From: Burkholderiales bacterium
Lineage (GTDB): Bacteria > Pseudomonadota > Gammaproteobacteria > Burkholderiales > Burkholderiaceae_F
Assembly: GCA_021298875.1 (NCBI GenBank)
Contig: JAJTHJ010000200.1
Span: 1 to 41,418 of the forward strand
DNA: 41,418 nt
Direction: 5' to 3'
Of this stretch, positions 15,220 through 27,761 are shown one piece after another. The notes below the pieces were generated by a model. The model did no database searches and was not told the DNA's origin. It saw only the letters and a list, made by a program, of their open reading frames with translations. A program made the translations under genes and the position numbers. Each line of letters opens with the position of its first letter. The first letter of the stretch is position 1.

Positions 15220-16947
15220 ATGGCCGCCGTTACTCAGTTTGCCGGAGCCGCTCTGACGGGATTGGCGCGTGCGCTGGTTCAGCAGGGCAAACTGCGGCCG
15301 GATCGGGCCGAGGCACTCGCCCGCCAGGCCGCGCAGAGCAAAACGCAGTTCCTCGATGCGCTGCTGGCAGCACAGGATCGGGAGGGACTGGATGCGCGCG
15401 AGATTGCCCGCATCGCGGCACAGACTTTCGGTCACCCGCTGCTGGATTTGGACGCGATTGTTCCGGACGCGCTTCCGAAAGACCTGATCGATCGCAAGCT
15501 CGTCAGTTCGCTGCGCGTGCTAGCGCTAGCCAAGCGCGGTAACAAGATCACGGTGGCGGTGTCCGACCCGACCAATCTGCCGGCGTTGGACCAGGTCAAG
15601 TTCCAGACCCAGCTGACGCCGGAAATAGTGGTCGTCGAGCACACCAAGCTGCTTGGCTTGACCCAGTCGTTCACGCAGTCGGCGTCGCAAAAGCTCGACG
15701 ACCTGGTCGGCGCCGACTTCAACATGGACGACCTGCTGGTCGAAGCTTCGGACGAGTTGCCGGAGGAAACCGGCGGCGAGGTCGACGACGCGCCGGTTGT
15801 CCGCTTCCTGCAAAAGCTGCTGCTCGACGCGATCAACGAGGGCGCCTCCGACCTGCATTTCGAGCCGTACGAGAAGTCTTATCGGGTGCGCTTCCGCGTC
15901 GACGGCCAACTGCGCGAGGTGGCGCAGCCGCCGCTGGCCATCCGCGACCGCCTGTCGGCGCGGGTCAAGGTGATCTCCAAGCTGGATATCTCGGAGAAGC
16001 GCGTTCCGCAGGACGGCCGGCTCAAACTCGCGCTCGGTGCGCAGCGGGCCATCGACTTCCGCGTCAGCACCCTGCCCACGCAGTACGGCGAAAAAATCGT
16101 CATGCGTGTGCTCGACTCGGCGCAGGCCAAGATCGGAGTCGACGCCTTGGGCTTCGAGCCGGAGCAAAAGGAAACGCTGCTGCGGGCGATCCGCCAGCCC
16201 TGGGGCATGGTGCTGGTCACCGGTCCCACCGGCAGCGGCAAAACGGTGACGCTGTACAGCTGTCTGTCGATCCTCAACCAGCCGGGCGTGAACATTTCCA
16301 CGGCGGAGGACCCGATCGAAATCCAGTTGGCCGGGATCAACCAGGTCAACATCAACGACAAGGCGGGCCTCACCTTCGCCACCGCGTTGCGCGCGTTTCT
16401 GCGCCAGGACCCGGACATCGTGATGGTCGGCGAGGTGCGCGACCTGGAAACCGCCGATATCGCCATCAAGGCAGCGCAGACCGGCCACATGGTGCTGTCG
16501 ACGCTGCACACCAACGATGCCCCAACGACGGTGACGCGCCTCGTCAACATGGGCGTGGCGCCCTACAACATCGTCTCGTCGGTGATTCTGGTGGTCGCGC
16601 AGCGGCTGGCGCGCAAGCTGTGCACCTGCAAGCAGCCGACCGAGTTGTCGAAAGACGTATTGCAGGCGGCCGGGTTTCCCGCACACGAATTGGGCGGCTG
16701 GGTGCCCTACAAGCCGGTCGGCTGCGACCGCTGCCGCGGCTCGGGGTACAAGGGGCGTGTTGGCATCTTCGAGGTGATGCCGATTACCGAGGCCGTGCAG
16801 GATCTGGTGATGGGCGGGGCCAGTGCGAGCAAGATCGCCCGGCACGTGCGTGAGCATGGGGTGATCGGCCTGCGCCAGTCGGGCCTGTCCAAGGTGCGCC
16901 AGGGACTCACCTCGCTGGAAGAAGTGTTGGGGTGTACCAATGACTGA
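15220..16947 (+). CDS. pilB: type IV pilus assembly ATPase PilB
   Basis: 575 aa. It has a T2SSE N-terminal domain, Walker A GPTGSGKT, an Asp box, Walker B and the tetracysteine motif (CTCK...CDRCRGSGYKGR). Confidence 0.92.
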   Translation: MAAVTQFAGAALTGLARALVQQGKLRPDRAEALARQAAQSKTQFLDALLAAQDREGLDAREIARIAAQTFGHPLLDLDAIVPDALPKDLIDRKLVSSLRVLALAKRGNKITVAVSDPTNLPALDQVKFQTQLTPEIVVVEHTKLLGLTQSFTQSASQKLDDLVGADFNMDDLLVEASDELPEETGGEVDDAPVVRFLQKLLLDAINEGASDLHFEPYEKSYRVRFRVDGQLREVAQPPLAIRDRLSARVKVISKLDISEKRVPQDGRLKLALGAQRAIDFRVSTLPTQYGEKIVMRVLDSAQAKIGVDALGFEPEQKETLLRAIRQPWGMVLVTGPTGSGKTVTLYSCLSILNQPGVNISTAEDPIEIQLAGINQVNINDKAGLTFATALRAFLRQDPDIVMVGEVRDLETADIAIKAAQTGHMVLSTLHTNDAPTTVTRLVNMGVAPYNIVSSVILVVAQRLARKLCTCKQPTELSKDVLQAAGFPAHELGGWVPYKPVGCDRCRGSGYKGRVGIFEVMPITEAVQDLVMGGASASKIARHVREHGVIGLRQSGLSKVRQGLTSLEEVLGCTND

Positions 16948-16990
16948 TCTTTGCGCCACGTTCGCGGCGGGCATCGGCGGAGAGCGCTGA

Positions 16991-18229
16991 GTGGCCACCG
17001 CTGCCACCACCGCCAGCAAAGCGCGCGCACCGACCCAGGAAGCGCTGTACCTGTGGGAAGGCCGCGACCGTACCGGGCGCATCGTCAAGGGCGAGATGCG
17101 CGCCGGCGGTGAGTCCGTCGTTGCCGCCGCCCTGCGCCGGCGCGGCATTGTCGCCACCCGCATCAAGAAGCAAGGCATCCGCCGCGGCCGCAAGATCACC
17201 GAAAAAGATTTGGCGCTCTTCACTCGCCAGCTGGCGACGATGATGCGCGCCGGGGTGCCGCTGTTGCAGTCGTTCGACATCGCCGGGCGCGGTCATGCCA
17301 ATCCGGCGATGGCCCGCCTGCTCAACGACATCCGCGCCGACGTCGAAACCGGTACCGCGCTGAACCAGGCGTTCCGCAAGTACCCGCTGCACTTCAACGC
17401 CTTGTACTGCAACCTGGTGGCGGCCGGCGAGCAGGCCGGCATCCTGGAGACGTTGCTCGACCGTCTGGCGAGCTACCAAGAGAAAACGCTGGCGTTGAAG
17501 GGAAAAATCAAGAAGGCGCTGTTTTATCCGATCACCATTCTGCTGGTGGCCGTGGTGGTGGTGGCGATCATCATGATCTTCGTGATCCCGTCGTTCAAGA
17601 GCGTGTTCGCTTCGTTCGGTGCGTCGTTGCCCACACCGACGCTGGTGGTCATCGCGATGTCTGACTTCTTCGTGGCCTACTGGCTGTGGCTGCTGGTGGG
17701 AACCGTGGGCGCCGGGTACTTCATGGTGCAGGCGTGGCGACGGTCGCCGCGCTTCCAGATGGCAGTCGACCGAGCCCTGCTCAAGCTGCCGCTGATCGGC
17801 CCGCTGGTGCGCAAAGCCACGCTGGCGCGCTGGAGCCGCACATTGGCGACGACGTTCTCCGCGGGCGTGCCGCTGGTCGAGGCGCTCGACGCGGTCGGCC
17901 CGGCCTGCGGCAACGCGGTCTATCAGGACGCCACGCGCCAGATCCAGGCGGAGGTCAATGTCGGCACCGCGCTGGCGCAGGCGATGCAGAACAGCACCGT
18001 GTTTCCGACCATGGCCGTGCAGATGACCAGCATTGGCGAGGAGTCGGGCGCGCTCGACGCGATGCTGTCCAAGGTGGCCGACTACTACGAACGCGAAGTC
18101 GATGAGACGGTCGATGCCATGTCGAGCCTGATCGAGCCGATCATCATGGTCGTGCTCGGCGTCCTCGTCGGCGGCATGGTGGTGGCCATTTATATGCCGA
18201 TCTTCAAGCTCGGCCAGGTGGTTGGGTGA
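16991..18229 (+). CDS. pilC: type IV pilus platform protein PilC
   Basis: 412 aa with a GTG start preceded by GGAGAG. It has duplicated GspF-type domains. The sequence ends IYMPIFKLGQVV. Confidence 0.9.
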   Translation: MATAATTASKARAPTQEALYLWEGRDRTGRIVKGEMRAGGESVVAAALRRRGIVATRIKKQGIRRGRKITEKDLALFTRQLATMMRAGVPLLQSFDIAGRGHANPAMARLLNDIRADVETGTALNQAFRKYPLHFNALYCNLVAAGEQAGILETLLDRLASYQEKTLALKGKIKKALFYPITILLVAVVVVAIIMIFVIPSFKSVFASFGASLPTPTLVVIAMSDFFVAYWLWLLVGTVGAGYFMVQAWRRSPRFQMAVDRALLKLPLIGPLVRKATLARWSRTLATTFSAGVPLVEALDAVGPACGNAVYQDATRQIQAEVNVGTALAQAMQNSTVFPTMAVQMTSIGEESGALDAMLSKVADYYEREVDETVDAMSSLIEPIIMVVLGVLVGGMVVAIYMPIFKLGQVVG

Positions 18230-19077
18230 TCGCCGGATCGCCGTTGTCGCCAGACCTGTTGCTCATCGTCGGCGCCGGCCTGCTCGGGCTGCTGGTCGGT
18301 TCGTTCCTCAACGTGGTCGTCCACCGGCTGCCGAGGATGCTGGACGCCGAGTGGCGCGCGCAATGCGCCGAACTCGAAGGACGCGAGCCGCCCGCCGCAC
18401 CGCGCTACAACCTGTGGCTGCCGCGCTCGGCCTGCCCCGCCTGCGGGCATCCGCTGCGCGAGCGCGACAACATTCCCCTCCTGTCTTACCTTTGGCTGCG
18501 CGGGCGCTGCGCGTTTTGCAGTGCGCGGATCTCGCCGCGCTACCCCGTGGTCGAAGCGCTGGCCGGCGGACTGGCCGCGCTGGTGGCCTGGCGCTTCGGT
18601 TGGGGCGCGGCGGGTGCGCTGGCGCTGGTGCTGGTGTGGTTCCTGATCGCCGCCGCGGCGATCGATCTGGACACCACGCTGCTGCCCGACGACCTGACGC
18701 TGCCGCTGCTGTGGATCGGGCTGCTCGCCAACGTCTGGAGCGTTTACGTGCCCGTCACCGACGCAGTGCTTGGCGCCGTGGCGGGCTACCTTGCGCTGTG
18801 GTCGGTGTACTGGCTGTTCAAGCTCGCCACCGGCAAGGAAGGAATGGGCTACGGCGACTTCAAGCTGCTCGCCGCGCTGGGCGCCTGGCTCGGCTGGAAG
18901 CTGTTGCTGCCGATCGTGCTGATCGCCTCGGTGGTCGGCGCAGTGGTCGGAATCGCGCTGATCGCGTTGCAGGGACGGGGGCGCGAGACGCCGATTCCGT
19001 TCGGCCCCTATCTGGCGGCGGCAGGGCTGATCGCGCTGCTGTTCCGGGACGAACTGGCGGCCTGGCTGCCGCTCTGA
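18226..19077 (+). CDS. pilD: prepilin peptidase / N-methyltransferase PilD (A24 family)
   Basis: 283 aa. The GTG start overlaps the pilC stop. It has the Cys motifs CPACGHPL...CAFCSARIS and the catalytic GMGYGDFKL region. Confidence 0.9.
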   Translation: MIAGSPLSPDLLLIVGAGLLGLLVGSFLNVVVHRLPRMLDAEWRAQCAELEGREPPAAPRYNLWLPRSACPACGHPLRERDNIPLLSYLWLRGRCAFCSARISPRYPVVEALAGGLAALVAWRFGWGAAGALALVLVWFLIAAAAIDLDTTLLPDDLTLPLLWIGLLANVWSVYVPVTDAVLGAVAGYLALWSVYWLFKLATGKEGMGYGDFKLLAALGAWLGWKLLLPIVLIASVVGAVVGIALIALQGRGRETPIPFGPYLAAAGLIALLFRDELAAWLPL

Positions 19078-19081
19078 CGCG

Positions 19082-19699
19082 ATGTTCCGCGTTGGGCTGA
19101 CTGGCGGCATCGGCAGCGGTAAATCGGCGGTGGCCGACCTGTTGCGCGGCCACGGCGCCGACATCGTCGATGCCGACGCCATCGCGCATGCGCTGACCGC
19201 ACCGGGGGGCGCGGCGATCGAACCGATCCGCGCGCGGTTCGGCGCCGAGGTCATCGACGCGCGCGGTGCGCTCGACCGCGCACGGATGCGCGCCCTCGCC
19301 TTCAGCGACGAGCGCGTGCGCCGCGATCTGGAAGCGATCCTGCATCCGCTGATCCGCGCCCAGGCGCAACGCGAAGTCGAGACCAGCACCGCGCCCTACG
19401 TGGTGCTCGCGATCCCACTGCTGGTGGAATCCGGCGACTGGCGCGAGCGCGTCGACCGCGTGCTCGTGGTCGACGTGCCGGTGCAGGTGCAGGTTGCGCG
19501 CGTCGCGCGCAACCGCAATCTGGCCGAAGACGAAGTGCGCGCGATCGTCGCGCGCCAGGCCCCGCGCGCCGCGCGGCTGGCTGCGGCCGACGACGTGCTG
19601 TGCAACGACGGCACGCCGGTCGATCTCGCCGCGCGCGCCGCCCGCCTGCACGCCGCCTACGTCGCCGCGGCGCAGGCACGTGGGATAATCGCATGCTAA
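19082..19699 (+). CDS. coaE: dephospho-CoA kinase
   Basis: 205 aa. MFRVGLTGGIGSGKSAVADLL carries the P-loop. The position after pilD is the conserved one. Confidence 0.9.
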   Translation: MFRVGLTGGIGSGKSAVADLLRGHGADIVDADAIAHALTAPGGAAIEPIRARFGAEVIDARGALDRARMRALAFSDERVRRDLEAILHPLIRAQAQREVETSTAPYVVLAIPLLVESGDWRERVDRVLVVDVPVQVQVARVARNRNLAEDEVRAIVARQAPRAARLAAADDVLCNDGTPVDLAARAARLHAAYVAAAQARGIIAC

Positions 19700-19712
19700 G
19701 CGAGACACGGGC

Positions 19713-20489
19713 ATGGCCGAAGCCGAACGCCGCACGGTGCTATTCGAATACCCGTTCAACGAGCGGGTGCGCACCCTGCTGCGATTGGAGGACCTGTTCG
19801 ACAAGCTCGCTTTCTTCCAGGCGCAGACACACCACCTGTGCCACCACACCGCGCTGCTGACGTTGTTCGAGATCCTCGACGTCACCGCCCGCGCCGACCT
19901 GAAGAGCGATTTGTTGCAGGAACTCGAGCGCCACAAGCAGGCGCTCTCGGCGCTGCGCAACAACCCACAGGTTTCCGAAGAGGCGTTAAGCGGCGTACTG
20001 GCCGAGGTCGACTGCGCGCAACAGGCGCTCGGCGCCACCAGCGGCAAGGCCGGGCAGCACCTGCGCGACAACGAGTGGCTGACCAGCATCCGCAGCCGCG
20101 CGGCGATCCCCGGCGGCACTTGCGAGTTCGACCTGCCTTCGTATCATGCGTGGCTGATGCGCGATGCCGACTCCCGCGCCGCGGACCTCGACCTCTGGGC
20201 GCGACCGCTCACCCTGTTCTCGGATGCGCTCGGCATCCCGTTGCGGCTTCTGCGCGAGTCTGCCCATCGCAGCCTGCAGGTCGCCGCGCAGGGTTCGTAC
20301 CAGCAGATGCTGCAAGGGCGCACCTACTCGCTGCTGCAGGTTCGCGTGGCGGCCGACGAAGGCGCGGTCCCCGAGATCAGCGCCAATAAGTACATGCTGT
20401 GGATTCGCTTCACCGCTGCCGACCGCGATCTGAAGCCCAAGGCGCTCGAGCGCGACGTACCGTTCCAGCTCGCGCTCTGCTCGTTCTGA
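19713..20489 (+). CDS. zapD: cell division protein ZapD
   Basis: 258 aa. The N-terminus [21 protein letters not shown] and the ending PFQLALC are typical ZapD/YacF. The coaE-zapD-yacG synteny is conserved. Confidence 0.85.
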   Translation: MAEAERRTVLFEYPFNERVRTLLRLEDLFDKLAFFQAQTHHLCHHTALLTLFEILDVTARADLKSDLLQELERHKQALSALRNNPQVSEEALSGVLAEVDCAQQALGATSGKAGQHLRDNEWLTSIRSRAAIPGGTCEFDLPSYHAWLMRDADSRAADLDLWARPLTLFSDALGIPLRLLRESAHRSLQVAAQGSYQQMLQGRTYSLLQVRVAADEGAVPEISANKYMLWIRFTAADRDLKPKALERDVPFQLALCSF

Positions 20490-20494
20490 CCGTC

Positions 20495-20689
20495 ATGGCG
20501 ACCGTCGTTGAGTGCCCGACCTGCGGCACACTGGTCGAGTGGCAGGAAGCGAGCCGCTGGCGGCCCTTCTGCTCGGAGCGCTGCAAGCTGATCGACCTCG
20601 GCGACTGGGCTGCGGAGCGCCATCGGATTGCCGGTGAGCCGGCCGACGAGCTGGCGGCGGATACGCCACCGCCCCCCAAGCCTTACTGA
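20495..20689 (+). CDS. yacG: DNA gyrase inhibitor YacG (zinc ribbon)
   Basis: 64 aa from the ATG at 20495: [38 protein letters not shown]. Confidence 0.85.
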   Translation: MATVVECPTCGTLVEWQEASRWRPFCSERCKLIDLGDWAAERHRIAGEPADELAADTPPPPKPY

Positions 20690-21627
20690 CCGGGCCACGC
20701 GGCGCTCAACATCGCCACGCCTTGCGCACCGGCGCGGCGCGCGACCTCCACATCGGCCGCCGTCAGGCCGCCCAGCGCATAGACCGGCAGCGGTGCATCG
20801 AGTGCCAGCCGCTCGAACTCGCGCCAGCCAAGTGTGGGCGCGCCGGGGTGGCTCGCGGTCGGCAATACCGGGCCAAGCGCGGCAAAGTCGCAGCCCAGTT
20901 TGCCGGCGCGTACAAGTTCCTCACGGCGGTGGACCGAAGCACCGACCCAGCCGACCGATGGTCGCTGCGCGGTGGCCGCCAGCGCCGCCGCGGTCAGATG
21001 CACGCCATCGGCCTCGTCCCACAGGGCGCGCGAGTGCCGGCTGCCGACCAGCAGCTTGCCCCCATAGGCGTGCACGCGCGCGCGGACGTCCGGCAGCAGG
21101 CGGGCGACTTCGTCGTCGGCGAGCGTGGGTTCGCGCAGTTGCACGAGGCGCAGGCCACGCGCGAGCGCCAATTCCAGTCGCGCGAGAAAACCATCGCGGC
21201 CGTACTGGCCCGCCGCCGTCAGTGCGTACAGCGCCTGCAGTGCCAGCCAGCGCAGCGCGGGCACGGCGGCCGGCAACAGCGGTGCGGGCAAGGCGTCCGC
21301 GGGACCGAAGAAATCCATCCGCTGCCCTTCGCGCGCATGCGGCGTGCCCTGCCAGTCGAACACGCGGCAGAAGTGCAGCCGCACGTAGGCGTGGGGGTAG
21401 TCGAACTCGAAGGTCGCCCAGGGACAAGCGGCGCCGATGGCGACCCCGAGTTCTTCGTGCAGTTCGCGGGCGAGCGCGCCGGCGACCGATTCGCCCGGCT
21501 CCAGCTTGCCGCCGGGAAACTCCCAGTAACCAGCGTACGGCTTACCGGCGGGACGGTCGGCCAGCAGTACCGCGCCGTCGGCGCGGATCAGCACGCCGAC
21601 CGCGACCTCCGTGACCGGGCGCGTCAT
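20683..21627 (-). CDS. Nudix hydrolase (MutT-like) fused to a thiamine-phosphate-synthase-like (ThiE/TMP-TENI fold) domain
   Basis: The ORF 20683-21837 is trimmed to the ATG at 21627: [54 protein letters not shown] (Nudix box). The C-terminal half has ThiE-like GVHL...ASVH...[16 protein letters not shown]...PVYALGG. Confidence 0.8.
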   Translation of the reverse strand: MTRPVTEVAVGVLIRADGAVLLADRPAGKPYAGYWEFPGGKLEPGESVAGALARELHEELGVAIGAACPWATFEFDYPHAYVRLHFCRVFDWQGTPHAREGQRMDFFGPADALPAPLLPAAVPALRWLALQALYALTAAGQYGRDGFLARLELALARGLRLVQLREPTLADDEVARLLPDVRARVHAYGGKLLVGSRHSRALWDEADGVHLTAAALAATAQRPSVGWVGASVHRREELVRAGKLGCDFAALGPVLPTASHPGAPTLGWREFERLALDAPLPVYALGGLTAADVEVARRAGAQGVAMLSAAWPGQ

Positions 21628-22505
21628 CCGCGCGGCGCGGCCAGGCCGTGCCGACCCGCGTAGTCGCGGGCGAACTGTACGGCGACACGGCCCGAACGCG
21701 AACCACGCTGCAAGGCGAACTGCAAGGCTTCGCCGCGCGCCTGCGCGACGACCTCCGCCGGCAGTCCGTAATGGGCGAGCCAGTGCGCGACGATGTCCAG
21801 ATAGTCGTCTTGGCGGAACGGGTGGAACGACAGCCACAGCCCGAAGCGCTCCGACAGGGAAATCTTCTCTTCGACCGTCTCGCCGGGGTGAATTTCGCCG
21901 TCGACGTCGTAGCGCGTATCGAGGTTCTCGCGCATGTACTCCGGCATCAGGTGGCGGCGGTTGGAGGTCGCGTAGATCAGCACGTTCTCCGGCGGTGCGG
22001 CCACCGACCCATCGAGCGCGGCTTTCAGCGCCTTATACGAGTTCTCGCCCGCGTCGAACGACAGGTCGTCGCAATACAGGACGAAGCGTTCGGGCCGCGC
22101 AGCGACCTGCGCCGCGATCTCCGCGAGATCGGTCAGATCGTGCTTGTCCACCTCGATCAGCCGCAGGCCCCGCCCGGCAAAGCGCGCCAGACAGGCCCGC
22201 ACCAGCGAGGACTTGCCGGTGCCGCGCGCGCCGGTCAGCAGCACGTTGTTGGCCGGCAGGCCGCGGACGAACTGCTCGGTGTTGGCGAGCAGCGCGACTT
22301 TTTGCGCTTCGACGTGCTGCAAGTCGTCGGCGTCGATGCGGGCCACCCGATGCACCGGCTCCAGCGCGCCGTGCGTCAGGCCGAGAAACTGCCGCCGCCG
22401 CCAGCGGAAGGCCGGCGCGCTCCAGTCGACCGCGTTCGCCTCCGGCAGCAGCGGTTCGAGCCGCGCCAGCAGCGCGTCGAGCTTCTGTTCGAGCGCGCTC
22501 GCCAT
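21624..22505 (-). CDS. DUF815 family P-loop ATPase
   Basis: The ORF 21624-22625 is trimmed to the ATG at 22505: MASALEQKLDALLARLE...NNVLLTGARGTGKSSLVRA...FVLYCDDLSF...IYATSNRRHL. It overlaps the downstream Nudix gene by 4 nt. Confidence 0.8.
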   Translation of the reverse strand: MASALEQKLDALLARLEPLLPEANAVDWSAPAFRWRRRQFLGLTHGALEPVHRVARIDADDLQHVEAQKVALLANTEQFVRGLPANNVLLTGARGTGKSSLVRACLARFAGRGLRLIEVDKHDLTDLAEIAAQVAARPERFVLYCDDLSFDAGENSYKALKAALDGSVAAPPENVLIYATSNRRHLMPEYMRENLDTRYDVDGEIHPGETVEEKISLSERFGLWLSFHPFRQDDYLDIVAHWLAHYGLPAEVVAQARGEALQFALQRGSRSGRVAVQFARDYAGRHGLAAPRG

Positions 22506-22507
22506 CT

Positions 22508-23737
22508 TTACGAGCGGTAGTCGGCGTTGATCGACACGTAGCCGTGCGACAGATCGCAGGTCCAGACGGTGGCGCTCGCCGTGCCGCGGCCCAGCGCAAT
22601 CCGCACAACAATCTCCGCGCCGCACATCACGCGCTGGCCGTCTTCCTCGCGATAGTCGGGGTGCCGCCCGCCGTTGCGCGCGGCCCAGACATCGTTCAAG
22701 TGCAATTGCACGCGCGCGGCGTCGAGATCGGCGATCCCGGCGTTGCCCACCGCCGCGAGGATGCGCCCAAGGTTGGGATCGGAAGCAAAAAACGCCGTCT
22801 TGACGAGCGGCGATTGCGCCACCGCGTAGGCGACCTGCTTGGCTTCCGCCTCGCTCGCTGCGCCTTCGACCGCGATCTCGATGAACTTGGTCGCCCCTTC
22901 ACCGTCGCGCACGATCGCCTGCGCCAGTTGTTGTGCGACCGCGGCGACTTCGTCCGCCAGCAGCGGATAGCGCGCATCGGCCTCGTTCGCAATCGGCGCC
23001 GCGCCGTTGCCGCCGGTGGCGATCAACACGAAGGAGTCGTTGGTCGAAGTGTCGCCATCGACGGTGATGCGGTTGAACGAAACCTCCGCCACCTGCGCGA
23101 CCAACCGCTGCAACAGCGCGGGGGCCACCGCGGCGTCGGTGGCGACGAAGCCCAGCATCGTCGCCATGTTGGGCTTGATCATCCCCGCGCCCTTGGCAAT
23201 GCCGGTGACCGCGGTCGGCACGCCGTCGAGCGCAAAGCGGCGCGACGCGGCTTTGGGCACGGTGTCGGTGGTCATGATCGCCTCCGCCGCCTGCGGCCAG
23301 TGGTCGATGGCGAAGCGCGCCGCCGCCTGCGGCAAGCCGGCAATCAGCCGGGCGACCGGCAGCGGCTCCATGATCACGCCGGTGGAAAACGGCAGCACCG
23401 CCGTCGCTTCGCAGCCGAGCAGTTTGCCGACCGCCGCACAGGTCTGCCGCGCATCCGCCAGCCCCGGCTCGCCCGTGCCGGCATTGGCGCAGCCGGTGTT
23501 GACCACCAGCGCGCGAACGGCGCTGGCTGCCGCCAGATGCTCGCGACACACCAGCACCGGCGCGGCGCAAGAGCGGTTTTGTGTAAACACGCCCGCTACC
23601 GCCGCGCCCGGCACCAGTCGCAGCAAGAGCAAGTCCTTGCGGCCCAGCTTGCGGATGCCCGCCTCGGCCCAGCCGAGTTCGACGCCAGCAACCGGCCGGA
23701 GCGATGCGGGCTCTGGAGCGGAGAGATTGACGGCCAT
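22508..23737 (-). CDS. argJ: bifunctional glutamate N-acetyltransferase / amino-acid acetyltransferase ArgJ
   Basis: 409 aa. Supporting segments are MAVNLSAP...GFVATDA, the autoprocessing ATML site ([10 protein letters not shown]) and the C-terminal ADYRS. Confidence 0.92.
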   Translation of the reverse strand: MAVNLSAPEPASLRPVAGVELGWAEAGIRKLGRKDLLLLRLVPGAAVAGVFTQNRSCAAPVLVCREHLAAASAVRALVVNTGCANAGTGEPGLADARQTCAAVGKLLGCEATAVLPFSTGVIMEPLPVARLIAGLPQAAARFAIDHWPQAAEAIMTTDTVPKAASRRFALDGVPTAVTGIAKGAGMIKPNMATMLGFVATDAAVAPALLQRLVAQVAEVSFNRITVDGDTSTNDSFVLIATGGNGAAPIANEADARYPLLADEVAAVAQQLAQAIVRDGEGATKFIEIAVEGAASEAEAKQVAYAVAQSPLVKTAFFASDPNLGRILAAVGNAGIADLDAARVQLHLNDVWAARNGGRHPDYREEDGQRVMCGAEIVVRIALGRGTASATVWTCDLSHGYVSINADYRS

Positions 23738-23744
23738 TGCGGAC

Positions 23745-23837
23745 GGTTGTCTGTTGACTGTTGTCTGTTGTCGGTCGACGGAGTGTGCGGGACTACGGTG
23801 TATTCAACAGACAACGGCAAACCGACAACCGACAACC
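23745..23837. repeat. Heptad-periodic palindromic element, copy A (GTTGTC type)
   Basis: Arm 23745-23779 reads GGTTGTC TGTTGAC TGTTGTC TGTTGTC GGTCGAC. The inverted arm 23805-23837 reads CAACAGACAACGGCAAACCGACAACCGACAACC. The element fills the secA-argJ spacer. Confidence 0.8.
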
Positions 23838-23841
23838 TGCC

Positions 23842-26613
<2,772 letters not shown>

Positions 26614-26763
26614 TGGGGAATCGGCTCAAGGCGGCGCGCCGGCGGCGGTGCCGGCGCGCGCAGGGGCGCCGGGAAGGCGCAGGCGAAAATTATCCCATAG
26701 GGGTCCAGCCGCAACTGCCCGCGCAAACCCCCAAGTGGCGGCGCCGGCGGCGCCTTGCAAGCC

Positions 26764-27717
26764 CTATTTGGACGCCGGGGCGAGCGCGGCCAGCGGCGAT
26801 CCCGCCTGCTGCCGGGCGAGGAACTTGAAGGGATTCTGCGGCTGCCCGCGCACATGGACCTCGAAGTGCAGGTGCGCGCCGGTGGTGCGGCCGGTGCGGC
26901 CGACCTCAGCGACTTTTTGCCCCGGACGCACGATGTCTCCCACCTTGACGTCGATGCGGCTGGCATGCGCGTACAGGGTGGCCAGATCGTTGCCGTGGTC
27001 GATCAGCACGGTCTTGCCGTACTCGGGATGCACGTCGGTGCCCACCACCACGCCGCCGGCGGCGGCAAAGATCGGCGTGCCGAGCGGTGCGGAGAAATCG
27101 ACCCCCGAGTGCATCGCCTGCCGACCGTTGATCGGGTCGATGCGCATGCCGAAGCCCGAGCCGGCAAACCCCTCGGCTACCGGCGCGTTGTGCGGCAGCA
27201 GCGTGCGCCGCACTTGCAGGGCGAGCAACTCGGTTTCGATCACCGCCAGATAATCGACACGCACCTCCACGCTCTTGGCGATGCGGTGCATCTCGAGCAT
27301 CAATTCCTCGGGCGACATAGAGCGCGCACCGACTGGCGCCGGTCCGCCGCGGCCCGGCAGCGACGCGAAATCGAACTCACTGGGCGGAATACCCGCCAAC
27401 TTGGCGACCCGCTCGCCCAGCGCATCGAGCCGCACCATTTGCGCCTGCATCTCGCCCAGGCGCTTGGCCAGCGCATCGACGTTGTCGCGCATGTAGCGCT
27501 CCTTGCGCAGGTTTTCGTCGCGCATCACCCAGGCGACGAAGTCGTGCACGACGGGGATCTTCACGTCGACCGCGGCGCGAAAAGTCACCGCGTACAAGCC
27601 CACGGCGGCCAGCACCACGGCAAAGGCGAGCCCGACGGCCGACCAGGCCAGCTTGCGTCGCGACAAGGTGATCGTGCGCGCCCGGCTAAGCCGCGGGTCA
27701 ACGATGATGATTTGCAT
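26764..27717 (-). CDS. M23 family metallopeptidase (membrane-anchored)
   Basis: 317 aa with an AGGAG SD. It has an N-terminal TM segment, a coiled-coil region and a LytM domain with HSGVDF...and HLHFEV motifs. Confidence 0.88.
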   Translation of the reverse strand: MQIIIVDPRLSRARTITLSRRKLAWSAVGLAFAVVLAAVGLYAVTFRAAVDVKIPVVHDFVAWVMRDENLRKERYMRDNVDALAKRLGEMQAQMVRLDALGERVAKLAGIPPSEFDFASLPGRGGPAPVGARSMSPEELMLEMHRIAKSVEVRVDYLAVIETELLALQVRRTLLPHNAPVAEGFAGSGFGMRIDPINGRQAMHSGVDFSAPLGTPIFAAAGGVVVGTDVHPEYGKTVLIDHGNDLATLYAHASRIDVKVGDIVRPGQKVAEVGRTGRTTGAHLHFEVHVRGQPQNPFKFLARQQAGSPLAALAPASK

Positions 27718-27761
27718 GGCAAAAACTCCTGCTAAGGCGTGCGCCGGCTATCCTTGCCGGG

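Noticed and set aside
23745-23837. Heptad repeats considered as a CRISPR array or a tandem-repeat contingency locus
   Set aside because: The repeat units are 7 nt with no spacers and no cas genes. The arrangement is palindromic rather than a direct array. They are treated instead as REP-like elements.
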